From Anaerovoracaceae bacterium (GTDB lineage: Bacteria; Bacillota; Clostridia; Peptostreptococcales; Anaerovoracaceae): 64,000 nt of DNA. The stretch's first letter is position 1; every line of letters begins with the position of its first letter. A model generated the notes under the pieces. The model was not told the DNA's origin. It saw only the letters and a list, made by a program, of their open reading frames with translations, and made no database searches. This document shows, one piece after another, positions 50,241-60,460 of this stretch. Where the stretch lies: contig JBMNMU010000001.1 in assembly GCA_050953505.1 (NCBI GenBank), forward strand, positions 919,434 through 983,433. Direction: 5' to 3'. The translations under genes were made by a program, and so were the position numbers.

Positions 50241-51956
50241 ATGATTTATGGGCTAATAAAGAAAAATACCTATCAGGATTCCGTAAACTTGATGCTTCTA
50301 AGTAGTAAGCTTTCAGACTTAGAAGGGGTTAACAGAGTATCTATTATGATGGGAACACCTGCAAATAAGAAGATATTTGAAAACACAGGAATGTATTCTA
50401 AAGAATTTGAAGATGCTAGTCCAAATGATATTTGTATAGCAGTAGACACTGACAAAGAAGAGTTAGTTGATCATGTTGCAGAAGAATTAAATACATTTAT
50501 TAAAGAGTTATCAGTTAAATCTGGAGGAATAAATCTGATTACAACTAGAACATTAGACGGTGCATTTAATAACTTACCAGATGCTAACTTGGCTTTAATA
50601 TCTCTTCCTGGAGAATATGTTTATAACGAAGTTAATCGTTTATTAGATAAAAATATAAATACATTCATATTTAGTGATAACGTGTCTGTAGAGGATGAAA
50701 GAAAGCTTAAAGAAAAAGCCCATAGCAAAGGACTATTAGTAATGGGACCAGATTGTGGTACTGGAATTATATCTAATATACCTTTAGCATTTGCTAATGT
50801 TATTCCTAAAGGGAATATCGGAATCGTAGGGGCATCCGGTACAGGTATCCAAGAGGTTACATCTATAATAGGTCGAAATGGTGGAGGAATATCCCACGCT
50901 ATTGGAATTGGTGGTAGGGATTTATCTGAAGAGATAGGTGGAATCTCGGCCATAGACGCACTTGAACTTTTAAATAAAGATGAAGACACAGATGTAATCG
51001 TGTTTATTTCTAAACCACCGGCAGCTACAGTAAAAAATAAGGTGGTTGAAAAGTTTAGAGCAATGAATAAAAAGGTAGTAGCAATATTCTTAGGTGATAA
51101 ACCTGAGACTCAAGAAGAGAATGTAAAGTATGTTTGGACATTAGAAGAAGCAGCCTATCATGCTTTAATGATTTCTAAAACAGCTGTTAACTATAAAAAG
51201 AATATAGAAAAAATTATTGAAAAACTAGATGTAATAAAAAATAATTCTAAAGAACGAAAACTTCATGGATACTATGGTGGAGGTACCTTAGCGGGAGAAG
51301 CGGCAATATTATTGAGAGACCATTTTAATATTAAAGATAGTGGTACAAAAGAAGGATATATGTTCAATTTTGAAGGACACGAAATTATCGACTTTGGTGA
51401 TGATAAGTATACTAAGGGAAGACCGCATCCTATGATTGATCCAGGAACAAGAATTGATGCTATTAGTAAGCTAATGGATAGAGATGATGTAGCTGTTGTA
51501 TTGTTTGATAATGTATTAGGCTATGGATCAAATACAGATATGGCTGAATCATTAGCACCTTCAATTAAAAAGGTTATAAAACATAAAAAAGCTCAAAATA
51601 AAGAAATAGTATTTATTGCTTCTGTATGTGGAACTGAGTCAGATATACAAACATATAGTTCCCAAGTTAAAAAGCTAGAAGATGCAGGTGTGTTAGTTTT
51701 AAAAACAAATGCTGAAGCAGTATTTACAGCTATTGAAGCTCTTAAATATATTGAGTCAAACACTAAAACAGATTTATCAAATATAGAAAAAGAAACATTA
51801 TTAAATAGCGAACTTAAAGTAATAAATATAGGACTTGAAAGCTTTGCAGATACAATTTTAAAACATGAGGGGAAAGTGGTTCAATATAACTGGGCCCCAA
51901 TAGCAGGTGGAGATAAGAAGATACAAAGTTTACTAGATAAATTAAATTCTTTATAG
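50241..51956 (+). CDS. fdrA: FdrA-family protein (acyl-CoA synthetase-like, CoA-ligase fold)
   Basis: MIYGLIKKNTYQDSVNLMLLSSKLS...VSIMMGTPANK closely parallels the E. coli FdrA N-terminus. Confidence 0.85.
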   Translation: MIYGLIKKNTYQDSVNLMLLSSKLSDLEGVNRVSIMMGTPANKKIFENTGMYSKEFEDASPNDICIAVDTDKEELVDHVAEELNTFIKELSVKSGGINLITTRTLDGAFNNLPDANLALISLPGEYVYNEVNRLLDKNINTFIFSDNVSVEDERKLKEKAHSKGLLVMGPDCGTGIISNIPLAFANVIPKGNIGIVGASGTGIQEVTSIIGRNGGGISHAIGIGGRDLSEEIGGISAIDALELLNKDEDTDVIVFISKPPAATVKNKVVEKFRAMNKKVVAIFLGDKPETQEENVKYVWTLEEAAYHALMISKTAVNYKKNIEKIIEKLDVIKNNSKERKLHGYYGGGTLAGEAAILLRDHFNIKDSGTKEGYMFNFEGHEIIDFGDDKYTKGRPHPMIDPGTRIDAISKLMDRDDVAVVLFDNVLGYGSNTDMAESLAPSIKKVIKHKKAQNKEIVFIASVCGTESDIQTYSSQVKKLEDAGVLVLKTNAEAVFTAIEALKYIESNTKTDLSNIEKETLLNSELKVINIGLESFADTILKHEGKVVQYNWAPIAGGDKKIQSLLDKLNSL

Positions 51957-51968
51957 GAGGAGAAATAC

Positions 51969-53231
51969 ATGAAATATAACAGTATTGATGAAGCTAATAA
52001 AGCAGTTATCGAAAAAATTGTTTCTGCACAGCCGTTTTTAATTGACGTCGTGCCGGCAAAAAGTGTCATAAAGGAGTTAAATGGTAAAGTATTACTTCAT
52101 GCAGGACCTCCAATTAAATGGGAGCAAATGACTGAGCCTATGAAAGGTTCTTGCTATGGAGCAGCTATATTTGAAGGCTGGGCAGCTAACGAAGAAGAAG
52201 CAGATAAGATGCTTTCAACTGGTGAAATAGAATTTATTCCATGCCACCATGTAGATGCAGTAGGACCAATGGGTGGCATAACATCTGCTAATATGGCTGT
52301 ATTAGTTGTAGAAAATAAAGATGGTGGAAATAGGGCGTACTGTACGATGAACGAAGGTATCGGTAAAGTACTAAGATTTGGTGCTTACAGTGAGGAGGTT
52401 GTTAATAGACTCCATTGGATGAAGGATGTTTTAGGGCCAACTTTATCAAAAGCTCTTAAATTTACAGATGGTGGTATGAATCTAAATGTTTTAGTAGCTA
52501 AAGCAATAACAATGGGAGATGAGTTCCACCAACGAAATATTGCAGCTTCTGCTTTATTTATGAAAGATATTATGCCATTTATATTAAAAACAGATATAAA
52601 CGAAAAAGATTTAGCAGATGTAACTAAGTTTTTAGCAGATACAGATCAATTCTTCTTGAATATTGCTATGGCTTTCAGCAAAGCAGTAATGGACTCTGCA
52701 AGAACTATTGAAGAAGGAACTATTGTAACCGCCATGACTAGAAATGGTTATGAATATGCAATAAGAGTATCTGGAATGGGAGACCAATGGTTTACTGCTC
52801 CTGTCAACACTCCAGAGGGACTTTTCTTTACAGGCTACTCACAAGAAGATGCTAACTCAGATATTGGAGATAGTGCTATTACAGAGGCCTTCGGTGTAGG
52901 GGGTATGGCAATGATAGCAGCACCTGGGGTAACAAGATTCGTAGGTGCGGGTGGCTTTGACGCAGCACAAAATATCAGTAATGAAATGAAGGAAATTTGT
53001 ATAGACCACAATCCTAATTTTACAATTCCAACCTGGGACTTTAAAGGAAGTTGTCTTGGTATTGATATACGAAAGGTTGTAGAAACTGGAATTACACCTC
53101 TCATAAATACAGGAATTGCTCATAAAAAAGCTGGTGTTGGACAAGTAGGTGCAGGTACAGTTAGAGCTCCTCTTGAATGTTTTACTAAAGCATTAGAAGC
53201 ATTGGTTGAAAAGTATACAAGTCAAAATTAA
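51969..53231 (+). CDS. DUF1116 (YlbE-like) protein
   Basis: Position after fdrA and the LLHAGPPI motif region. Confidence 0.7.
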   Translation: MKYNSIDEANKAVIEKIVSAQPFLIDVVPAKSVIKELNGKVLLHAGPPIKWEQMTEPMKGSCYGAAIFEGWAANEEEADKMLSTGEIEFIPCHHVDAVGPMGGITSANMAVLVVENKDGGNRAYCTMNEGIGKVLRFGAYSEEVVNRLHWMKDVLGPTLSKALKFTDGGMNLNVLVAKAITMGDEFHQRNIAASALFMKDIMPFILKTDINEKDLADVTKFLADTDQFFLNIAMAFSKAVMDSARTIEEGTIVTAMTRNGYEYAIRVSGMGDQWFTAPVNTPEGLFFTGYSQEDANSDIGDSAITEAFGVGGMAMIAAPGVTRFVGAGGFDAAQNISNEMKEICIDHNPNFTIPTWDFKGSCLGIDIRKVVETGITPLINTGIAHKKAGVGQVGAGTVRAPLECFTKALEALVEKYTSQN

Positions 53232-53233
53232 TT

Positions 53234-54142
53234 ATGATTAAACCATTGTATTTAAGTGAAGAAATTTTCGAGCTCATTTCTCTGGGTTCGGAGATTTCTT
53301 TACATAGTATGTTTAGCAATAGTATAAACCTGAGATTCAATGGTAGGATTCTTAACATTAGTAACGACGGACGCATTTTGCCTCCCTATGGAATTATACT
53401 TGCAAATAGTGACTTTATTATTTTAAAGGGTAAATTAGACAAAAAGGATATACATTACACTATCAGTAATATCCAGATATCTATTGATGATTTAAAACTA
53501 GACCTAGGGGGCGCAAGGATAAAATACTATTCTAAGATCTGTAAGAGTAATCAAGTTAATCGTGAAGTTTCACGGCATACTATAAAAAGCTTGATGGATC
53601 GGGTAAAGGATACTGGGAAGAAAAATGGATTTGGCATTGATAACCAATCAATCTTAAATATTCAGATGAAAACAGGTAATTGTATAATTAAAAATCTCGG
53701 TGAGGTATGGGGCTCGGAGTTCATTGAAAAATTAGATTTACTAGCTAAATTCTTTATCCATGGAGAAGACAGTGAAATTTTAAAATATTTTATTGGAAGA
53801 GGAAAGGGTCTTACTCCTTCAGGGGATGACTTTCTTGTTGGCATGTTAAGTGTTTTCTCTTCCCGAGGTATCTTCAGAGATAGTGCGTTAGTAGTCAAAA
53901 ATTTCCTAACACAAAATGAAGGAAAATATACAAACGACATTAGCCAACAATTTTTAATTTTGGCTACAGAAGAAAAGTTTAGTATGAATATTATTTTTCT
54001 AGTGGATTCGCTGAATAGAGGCGTACTGAATGAGGAGACTATAAACAATGTACTTAATTTTGGGGAAACATCAGGAGTGGATATCATATTAGGAATGATT
54101 TTTGCCTATAAAATAATAGATAGGAGCAGTACAAATGAGTAA
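53234..54142 (+). CDS. DUF2877 (YlbF-like) protein
   Basis: Position between the DUF1116 gene and carbamate kinase. GLTPSGDDFLVGML motif. Confidence 0.6.
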   Translation: MIKPLYLSEEIFELISLGSEISLHSMFSNSINLRFNGRILNISNDGRILPPYGIILANSDFIILKGKLDKKDIHYTISNIQISIDDLKLDLGGARIKYYSKICKSNQVNREVSRHTIKSLMDRVKDTGKKNGFGIDNQSILNIQMKTGNCIIKNLGEVWGSEFIEKLDLLAKFFIHGEDSEILKYFIGRGKGLTPSGDDFLVGMLSVFSSRGIFRDSALVVKNFLTQNEGKYTNDISQQFLILATEEKFSMNIIFLVDSLNRGVLNEETINNVLNFGETSGVDIILGMIFAYKIIDRSSTNE

Positions 54143-55067
54143 AGTAATGATTGCCCTAGGGGGAAATGCTTTGGGGAATAGTCCAAGTGAACAGTTGGTA
54201 TTAGTAAAAGAGACAGCAAAACCTATTGTGGATTTAATAGAGGAAGGGCACACAGTTATATTAGCCCATGGAAATGGTCCCCAGGTAGGTATGATTAATG
54301 CTGCATTTGAAGTTGCATCAAGATCTGACAATAAAATTCCAGAAATGCCTTTCCCAGAATGTGGAGCGATGAGCCAGGGATATATAGGGTATCATCTTCA
54401 AAATGCAATTGCTTTTGAACTAAAAAGCCGAGGGATTAATAAATCTGTAATATCTTTGGTGACCCAAGTTGTTGTAGATGAGAAGGATGAAGCATTTCAA
54501 AATCCATCTAAACCCATTGGTGGATTCTATAGTAAGGAAGAAGCTGATGTGTTAGCCATTGAAAAAGGCTATCAAATGATTGAAGATTCCGGAAGAGGCT
54601 ACAGGAGAGTAGTTCCTTCCCCTAAACCTGTGGATATTGTTGAGAAAGAGGCCATCTATGATATGGTAGAGAAGGGCCATATTGTAATTGCCACAGGAGG
54701 AGGCGGCATACCTACGATTCGAAAGGGCAATGCATTAGTAGGGATTCCTGCAGTGATTGACAAGGATCTAGCCAGCGAAAAGCTAGCAGAGTTATTAGCT
54801 TGTGATACACTATTTATATTAACGGCGGTAGAAAAAATAGCGATTCATTTTGGAAAACCCAATCAGAAGAATTTAGATCGAATGTCATCAGCGGAAGCAT
54901 ATCAATATATTGAAGAGGGACATTTTGCTCCAGGAAGTATGCTGCCAAAGGTATTGGCTGCTCTAGACTTTGTTCAATCGGGGCCAGGGAGAACTGCTAT
55001 TATTTCTTCTCTAGAAAATGCAAAAAAAGCCATTGCAGAGGAGACGGGCACTAGGATTTACAAATAG
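54135..55067 (+). CDS. arcC: Carbamate kinase
   Basis: VMIALGGNALG, HGNGPQVG, GGGGIP motifs. Confidence 0.9.
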   Translation: MSKVMIALGGNALGNSPSEQLVLVKETAKPIVDLIEEGHTVILAHGNGPQVGMINAAFEVASRSDNKIPEMPFPECGAMSQGYIGYHLQNAIAFELKSRGINKSVISLVTQVVVDEKDEAFQNPSKPIGGFYSKEEADVLAIEKGYQMIEDSGRGYRRVVPSPKPVDIVEKEAIYDMVEKGHIVIATGGGGIPTIRKGNALVGIPAVIDKDLASEKLAELLACDTLFILTAVEKIAIHFGKPNQKNLDRMSSAEAYQYIEEGHFAPGSMLPKVLAALDFVQSGPGRTAIISSLENAKKAIAEETGTRIYK

Positions 55068-55163
55068 CAATAATATGGATAAATCTATTATTGAAATTGT
55101 TTATTATAGATAGCTTGACTGAATTTTAATCAGAGTTTACAATTTTATAATGCTATGTTTTAT

Positions 55164-55197
55164 ATTCCCTTGGAGTTGGTTTTCAAGGGAATTTTTG
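55164..55197 (+). terminator. Intrinsic terminator downstream of the carbamate kinase operon
   Basis: ATTCCCTTG-(11 nt)-CAAGGGAAT followed by TTTTT. Confidence 0.7.
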
Positions 55198-55351
55198 TAT
55201 CAAATTACTTCTTGCTAATTTTATCGAATAAAGCTAAAATAAAATGCTATGTTCTTAGCTAAAAAAGTTATTTTATACAGAATACATCTTTTAGTTTTAT
55301 TAGTACTAAGAAGCAATAATTATTATATTTACACATACAAGGAGTTTTACA

Positions 55352-56698
55352 GTGAAAGAAAGGCTTAAATTTAAATCTAATTTATTAATCGGTTCACTAT
55401 TATTTGGACTATTTTTTGGCGCAGGGAATTTAATATTTCCTGTCCAAATGGGGCAATTAGCTGGACAAAATACATTGCAAGCAACAATTGGATTCTTAAT
55501 TACCGGAGTAGGGCTTCCACTATTAGGTGTCATAGCCTCTGCTCTCTCACAAAGTGAAAGCTTATTTGATATGGCTAAGCCTGTTAATAGGATATATTCT
55601 ATATTATTTACATGCATGTTATATCTGACTATAGGACCTTTATTTGCTATTCCGCGTACTGCTAGTGTGGCATTTGAGGTAGGCCTAAATCCTTTTATTG
55701 CAAAAGAGAATCTACAAATTGGATTATTTGTATTTTCGTTGATTTTCTTTTCAGTGACACTTTATTTTTCACTAAGACCAGGTAGAATTCTTGACTGGGT
55801 AGGTAAATACCTCACCCCTATTTTCGTAGTTCTTTTGTCCATATTACTAATTGTAACCTTTTTAAAACCAATGGGGCAAGTCAGTGAATATGCTGCCCAA
55901 GGGGATTATATCCAAAAACCATTTTTTACTGGGTTATTAGACGGGTATAACACTATGGATGCTTTAGCGTCCCTTGCTTTTGCAATTGTCATTATATCAA
56001 ACATTGAAAAATTAGGTATTAATGATCCTAAAAGAAAGGCTATAGAAACATGTAAATCAGGTGTAGTCTGTGTTATTGGTATGAGCCTTATTTATGCATC
56101 ACTAGCGTATATGGGTGCAACAAGTTTAGGGAGTGTTAGCCGTGCCTCAAATGGGGGAATCATTATGTCTCTCGTCAGTGAGCATTACTTTGGGAATATA
56201 GGCAAAATTTTATTAGCTGCTATTGTAACCGTTGCCTGCTTAAAGACTGCTATTGGATTAATTACTTCATGCTCCCAGATGTTTAGTGAAATGTTTCCAA
56301 AATCAGTATCATATAACAAATACGCAATTATATTTACCATTTTATCTTTTGCCATTGCGAATTTTGGGCTAAATAAAATTATTCAGCTTTCTATACCAGT
56401 ACTGATGTTTTTGTATCCGCTAGCAATTACATTGATCATATTATCATTACTGTCGCCAATACTTAATAAACAAAGATATGTATACTTGTGGACAACTACT
56501 CTTACAGCAATTGCAGCTTTCTTTGATTTCTGTAATGCATTGCCGCAACCAATAAAGGAAACTCCTATAATAAGCAGTATAATAAATTTTGCAAAGGCTT
56601 ATTTACCTGGATTTGCATATGGATTCGGCTGGATTATACCAGCATTCATTGGCTTTATTATAGGAATTATTCTATCGAGAATTAGTGTAAAAAAATAA
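55352..56698 (+). CDS. brnQ: Branched-chain amino acid transport system II carrier protein
   Basis: LFGLFFGAGNLIFPVQMGQLAG, the BrnQ/LIVCS signature. GTG start after AAGGAG. Confidence 0.88.
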   Translation: MKERLKFKSNLLIGSLLFGLFFGAGNLIFPVQMGQLAGQNTLQATIGFLITGVGLPLLGVIASALSQSESLFDMAKPVNRIYSILFTCMLYLTIGPLFAIPRTASVAFEVGLNPFIAKENLQIGLFVFSLIFFSVTLYFSLRPGRILDWVGKYLTPIFVVLLSILLIVTFLKPMGQVSEYAAQGDYIQKPFFTGLLDGYNTMDALASLAFAIVIISNIEKLGINDPKRKAIETCKSGVVCVIGMSLIYASLAYMGATSLGSVSRASNGGIIMSLVSEHYFGNIGKILLAAIVTVACLKTAIGLITSCSQMFSEMFPKSVSYNKYAIIFTILSFAIANFGLNKIIQLSIPVLMFLYPLAITLIILSLLSPILNKQRYVYLWTTTLTAIAAFFDFCNALPQPIKETPIISSIINFAKAYLPGFAYGFGWIIPAFIGFIIGIILSRISVKK

Positions 56699-57029
56699 GC
56701 AAAGGGTATTCAATAAATTACAGTTAATGGGGCATTGGCTGTTCTACCCTTATAAATATTCCATTGATAGAAAGCATAATTATAATATATGTTTTGCAAT
56801 AAATTAAGGTACGTTTTCTGACAATAAAATACCTCATTTATATTGACTTTTGATGTGGTTGTAGATATTGTTATTATTGAAATGTGGGAAAAGCAAAATC
56901 AGGCTAGAAGCTGAAAACGTCGTTGATAACAGTACAAAGTGATTAAATGAATAAACATTTTACTTATAGTCAAAGGCATGATATAATTTGATGTATTTTG
57001 ACGAAAAAAAGGAACAGGTGACAAAACAA

Positions 57030-58787
57030 ATGGATTTATTTGATGTATTATCTTTAATAGGTGGATTATCCTTATTCCTCTTTGGCATGAGCCTAATGGG
57101 TACAGGCCTTGAAAGAAGTGCAGGTAACAACCTTCAAGGGTTTTTAGAAAGCTTGACATCCAAAAAGTTAAATGGTGTCTTGGTGGGCCTTGGTGTTACT
57201 GCTATTATTCAAAGCTCTTCAGCAACTACGGTTATGGTAGTGGGGTTTGTAAACTCAGGCATTATGACCTTGCAGCAGGCCATACACGTTATTATGGGAG
57301 CGAATGTAGGGACCACAATTACCGCATGGATCTTGAGCTTAACGGGGATAGAAGGCGACAATTTGTTTGTGCAATTACTTAAGCCTTCTTCTTTTACACC
57401 TATATTAGCTCTTATTGGTATCATTTTTTATGTTTTCTTGAAAAATGAGAAAAAGAAAGATATTGGTTTGGTTCTTCTAGGATTTGCTACTTTAATCTAC
57501 GGGATGGAAGCTATGTCTGCTTCGGTAAAGCCCCTTGGTGAAATGGAAGGATTCCAAAGCCTCTTTCTTCTATTTTCAAATCCCTTGCTCGGCGTAATAG
57601 TTGGAGCTGTGGTAACTGGTATCATCCAGAGTTCATCAGGTGCCGTAGGTATTCTATTAGCCCTATCTGTTACTGGGCAGATTACCATGGGTGCAGCGAT
57701 TCCTCTAATATTGGGTATGAATATTGGTACCTGCGTTACTGCATTAATTTCATCAATAGGTACAAATAAGAATGCACGACGTGCAGCACTGGTGCATTTC
57801 TACTTTAATATTATAGGAACATTTTTATTCCTAATATTGTTTGTTTTATTAAAAAATATGCTTGATTTATCTTTTGTTAATCAAGCAGCTAACCATGTAT
57901 CAATAGCGATTTGCCACACCGTATTCAATGTTTTCTGCACGGCGATATTACTACCTGCAAGCGGATTACTTGTGAAATTAGCATATAAATCAATACCGGA
58001 GGATGAAAAGCAAGATAAAATTTCTTTACTGGATGCTCGATTATTCTCTACGCCGGCTTTAGCAATAAGCCGTAGTAGAACAGTGGCAGAGGAAATGTCT
58101 ACTATTACCATAAATGCAATTAAACAGGCTTTTGCTTTGGCAAACAAGTATGATGAAAAGGGAGCTAAGAAAGTAAAAGAAGCTGAACAACAGACAGATA
58201 ACTATGAGGATGCCCTGGGAACTTATCTAGTAAGGTTATCTAGTCAAAACTTATCTGCACAGTATAGTACAGAAGCCGCTAAACTTCTTTTCTTAATAGG
58301 GGAATTTGAGCGAATCACTGACTATGCCATGGAAATTACGATGTCTGCCCAGGAAATGCATGAGAAAAAAATAAAGTTTTCTGAAGCAGCACAAAAAGAA
58401 ATGCGCGTTATGATGTCTGCTGTTGAGGAAATTGTAGAGATTGCAGTCAAAGCCTTTATTGACAATGATCTTTCACTAGCTACAAAGGTAGACCCATTAG
58501 AGGAAGTCATTGATGTACTAAAAGACACCATGAAAAAGAACCATATCGATAGATTGCAATGTAATACATGTACCATAGAGCTGGGCTTTATATTTAATGA
58601 CATGATAACCGGTCTAGAGCGTATATCTGACCATTGTTCTAATATAGCCGGAGGCATTATAGAAATGTCACACGATAGCTTAAATATGCATAGATATCTA
58701 TCTAAAATTAAACGAGAGCCAGATGGTGAGTTCATGAGAATGTTTAACGAGTATTCATTAAAGTATAATTTAAATAATGAAGAATAA
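57030..58787 (+). CDS. Na/Pi cotransporter family protein with C-terminal PhoU-like repeats
   Basis: GGLSLFLFGMSLMG, IQSSSATTVMVVGF and IQSSSGAVGILLAL repeats. The C-terminal helical PhoU-like region includes ERISDHCSNIA. The start may be 57030 (preferred) or 56988. Confidence 0.85.
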   Translation: MDLFDVLSLIGGLSLFLFGMSLMGTGLERSAGNNLQGFLESLTSKKLNGVLVGLGVTAIIQSSSATTVMVVGFVNSGIMTLQQAIHVIMGANVGTTITAWILSLTGIEGDNLFVQLLKPSSFTPILALIGIIFYVFLKNEKKKDIGLVLLGFATLIYGMEAMSASVKPLGEMEGFQSLFLLFSNPLLGVIVGAVVTGIIQSSSGAVGILLALSVTGQITMGAAIPLILGMNIGTCVTALISSIGTNKNARRAALVHFYFNIIGTFLFLILFVLLKNMLDLSFVNQAANHVSIAICHTVFNVFCTAILLPASGLLVKLAYKSIPEDEKQDKISLLDARLFSTPALAISRSRTVAEEMSTITINAIKQAFALANKYDEKGAKKVKEAEQQTDNYEDALGTYLVRLSSQNLSAQYSTEAAKLLFLIGEFERITDYAMEITMSAQEMHEKKIKFSEAAQKEMRVMMSAVEEIVEIAVKAFIDNDLSLATKVDPLEEVIDVLKDTMKKNHIDRLQCNTCTIELGFIFNDMITGLERISDHCSNIAGGIIEMSHDSLNMHRYLSKIKREPDGEFMRMFNEYSLKYNLNNEE

Positions 58788-58792
58788 TAGGG

Positions 58793-58832
58793 ATTCCCTT
58801 ATTCCTGAAAATGGAGTAGGGGAATTTTTTAA
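58793..58832 (+). terminator. Terminator of the Na/Pi transporter gene; its T-run is the ISL3 insertion target
   Basis: ATTCCCTTATTCC-TGAAAAT-GGAGTAGGGGAAT followed by TTTTTTAA. Confidence 0.65.
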
Positions 58833-60357
58833 GGCTCTATGTCAAATGTTGGGGTTGAGCCTTGTAAAACAGAATAAAATATATTTTTTTCTAGAAGCAG
58901 TGTGAAATCTGCTTCTAGTTTTTTATCGGAAGAGTTTTGCAGGCTAGAATTACAAAACTCCCATCTAATTTGCATAGCTATACTATAGGGCAGCATTTAG
59001 CTGTCCTTTTAGAAGCCGTATTTAAGCACCTTCTGCCTTAGAAAGCAGTAGCATGAAGAATCCGATTTCGAAACCGGTCAAAATTTCTAACCCCATAAGA
59101 GACCCTTTTAATGACCTTTATTTTGTTGTTAGTCCCCTCGGTAAAGCCATTGCTGAATCCACAGTCAAAAGCAGCCAGTATTTCCTTGTCCCATCTGCTG
59201 AAAGTGTCTACGCAGGCCTTGAATTCAGGTATATCAACGCATCCGACTTGCATGAACCATTCCTTAAGGCGCATCTTTGCCTCACGAACATTTTCACTGT
59301 CCATAAAATAGTAGAACTTTTCTTTTAACATGTATGCATCCCTGATTTGAGGTGATATCTGGAGCATACCCTCAAGCTGAAGCCGCTCATCATCCGTTAG
59401 GAACTGATAACGCTTTAGGAGTATCCATCTGCTCTTCTTAAAATATATTCGTCTATCCTTACCAAACTTTTTCTGTTCCTCCTTCCTTACTCTCTCCAGA
59501 GCCCAAGTAACCTGCCTGCACACATGGAACTTATCAGCTACTACCTGTGCATTTGGAAAGAGTGCATGGGCAGTCTGGCGAAAGAGATTGCTCATATCCA
59601 TTACCACATATTTCACATTGTTTCGTTTATGCTTATCGATTTTCATGAAGTAGCTATATAGATCCTCTGATTTACGACTTTCTAAAATATCAAGTACCTG
59701 CTTTTTCTTAGGATTAGTAAGGATGCATTGAAACTTATGGCCACCTGCATTGCCTTTAAACTCGTCGATTGCAACAACTTCGGGAAGGGATGGTTTGGGG
59801 TATGAAATGCGGTCCAAAAGCCTTGTTGCAACAGCTTGAGATACATTATGCCGTTCAGCCACGCTTTTGATCGAGCAGACTTTTCTGAACTCATCCATGA
59901 TATATGCCTGCATTCTACTCGTCATTCTCTGATATCTTGGAAGAAAACTGATTTTCTGATTGAAACTTTTATTGCAGAATGGACAGTAGTAACGTCTTTT
60001 CCTTAAATGTAGCAATACTGATGCGCCAAAGTTAGATAGATCCTTTACTATTTGAGTTCTATAATCATGGATACGCTTTGTTTCGTGCCTACAGTGAGGG
60101 CAGGCTTGAGTTTCAAGTTTCATATCAAGGAAAATATGTACTTCTTCATTAATATTTTCTACCTTTGTTACAACTACATCTTTTAATCCAAGTAAGTTTT
60201 CTGTATAATCTGTATAGAGCATGATAAAACCTCCTTAAATGTTGTCTTAGCAACTCCATTTTACAAGAGATTTTATCCATGCTCTACTTTTTTCAAAAAA
60301 ATGAAATGTTGGAGCATCTGATTTTTTCTCAGACACCCCAACATTTATTATACAGCC
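58833..60357 (-). mobile_element. ISL3-family insertion sequence (1525 bp), intact
   Basis: Terminal inverted repeats GGCTCTATGTCAAATGTTGGGGT (left) and GGCTGTATAATAAATGTTGGGGT (right, reverse complement). 8-bp direct target duplication TTTTTTAA at 58825-58832 and 60358-60365. Confidence 0.9.
59038..60222 (-). CDS. ISL3 family transposase
   Basis: N-terminal zinc finger CPHC...CPFC and a DDE domain. The overall pattern is typical of the ISL3/IS1165 group. Confidence 0.9.
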   Translation of the reverse strand: MLYTDYTENLLGLKDVVVTKVENINEEVHIFLDMKLETQACPHCRHETKRIHDYRTQIVKDLSNFGASVLLHLRKRRYYCPFCNKSFNQKISFLPRYQRMTSRMQAYIMDEFRKVCSIKSVAERHNVSQAVATRLLDRISYPKPSLPEVVAIDEFKGNAGGHKFQCILTNPKKKQVLDILESRKSEDLYSYFMKIDKHKRNNVKYVVMDMSNLFRQTAHALFPNAQVVADKFHVCRQVTWALERVRKEEQKKFGKDRRIYFKKSRWILLKRYQFLTDDERLQLEGMLQISPQIRDAYMLKEKFYYFMDSENVREAKMRLKEWFMQVGCVDIPEFKACVDTFSRWDKEILAAFDCGFSNGFTEGTNNKIKVIKRVSYGVRNFDRFRNRILHATAF

Positions 60358-60460
60358 TTTTTTAATTGAGATATTACTAAAATATAGTAATATATAAATA
60401 ACAATATCGTTATTACTCCAAAATCAAATATCGCAGAAATCACATGGTGGAGGTGAAATC

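Noticed and set aside
55080-55351. T-box or CodY-regulated leader upstream of brnQ
   Set aside because: I found no T-box consensus (AATTAGGGTGGNACCGCG-like) or specifier-loop architecture. Only a weak partial CodY-box resemblance (AATTTTATCGAATAA) is present, which is not enough to call.
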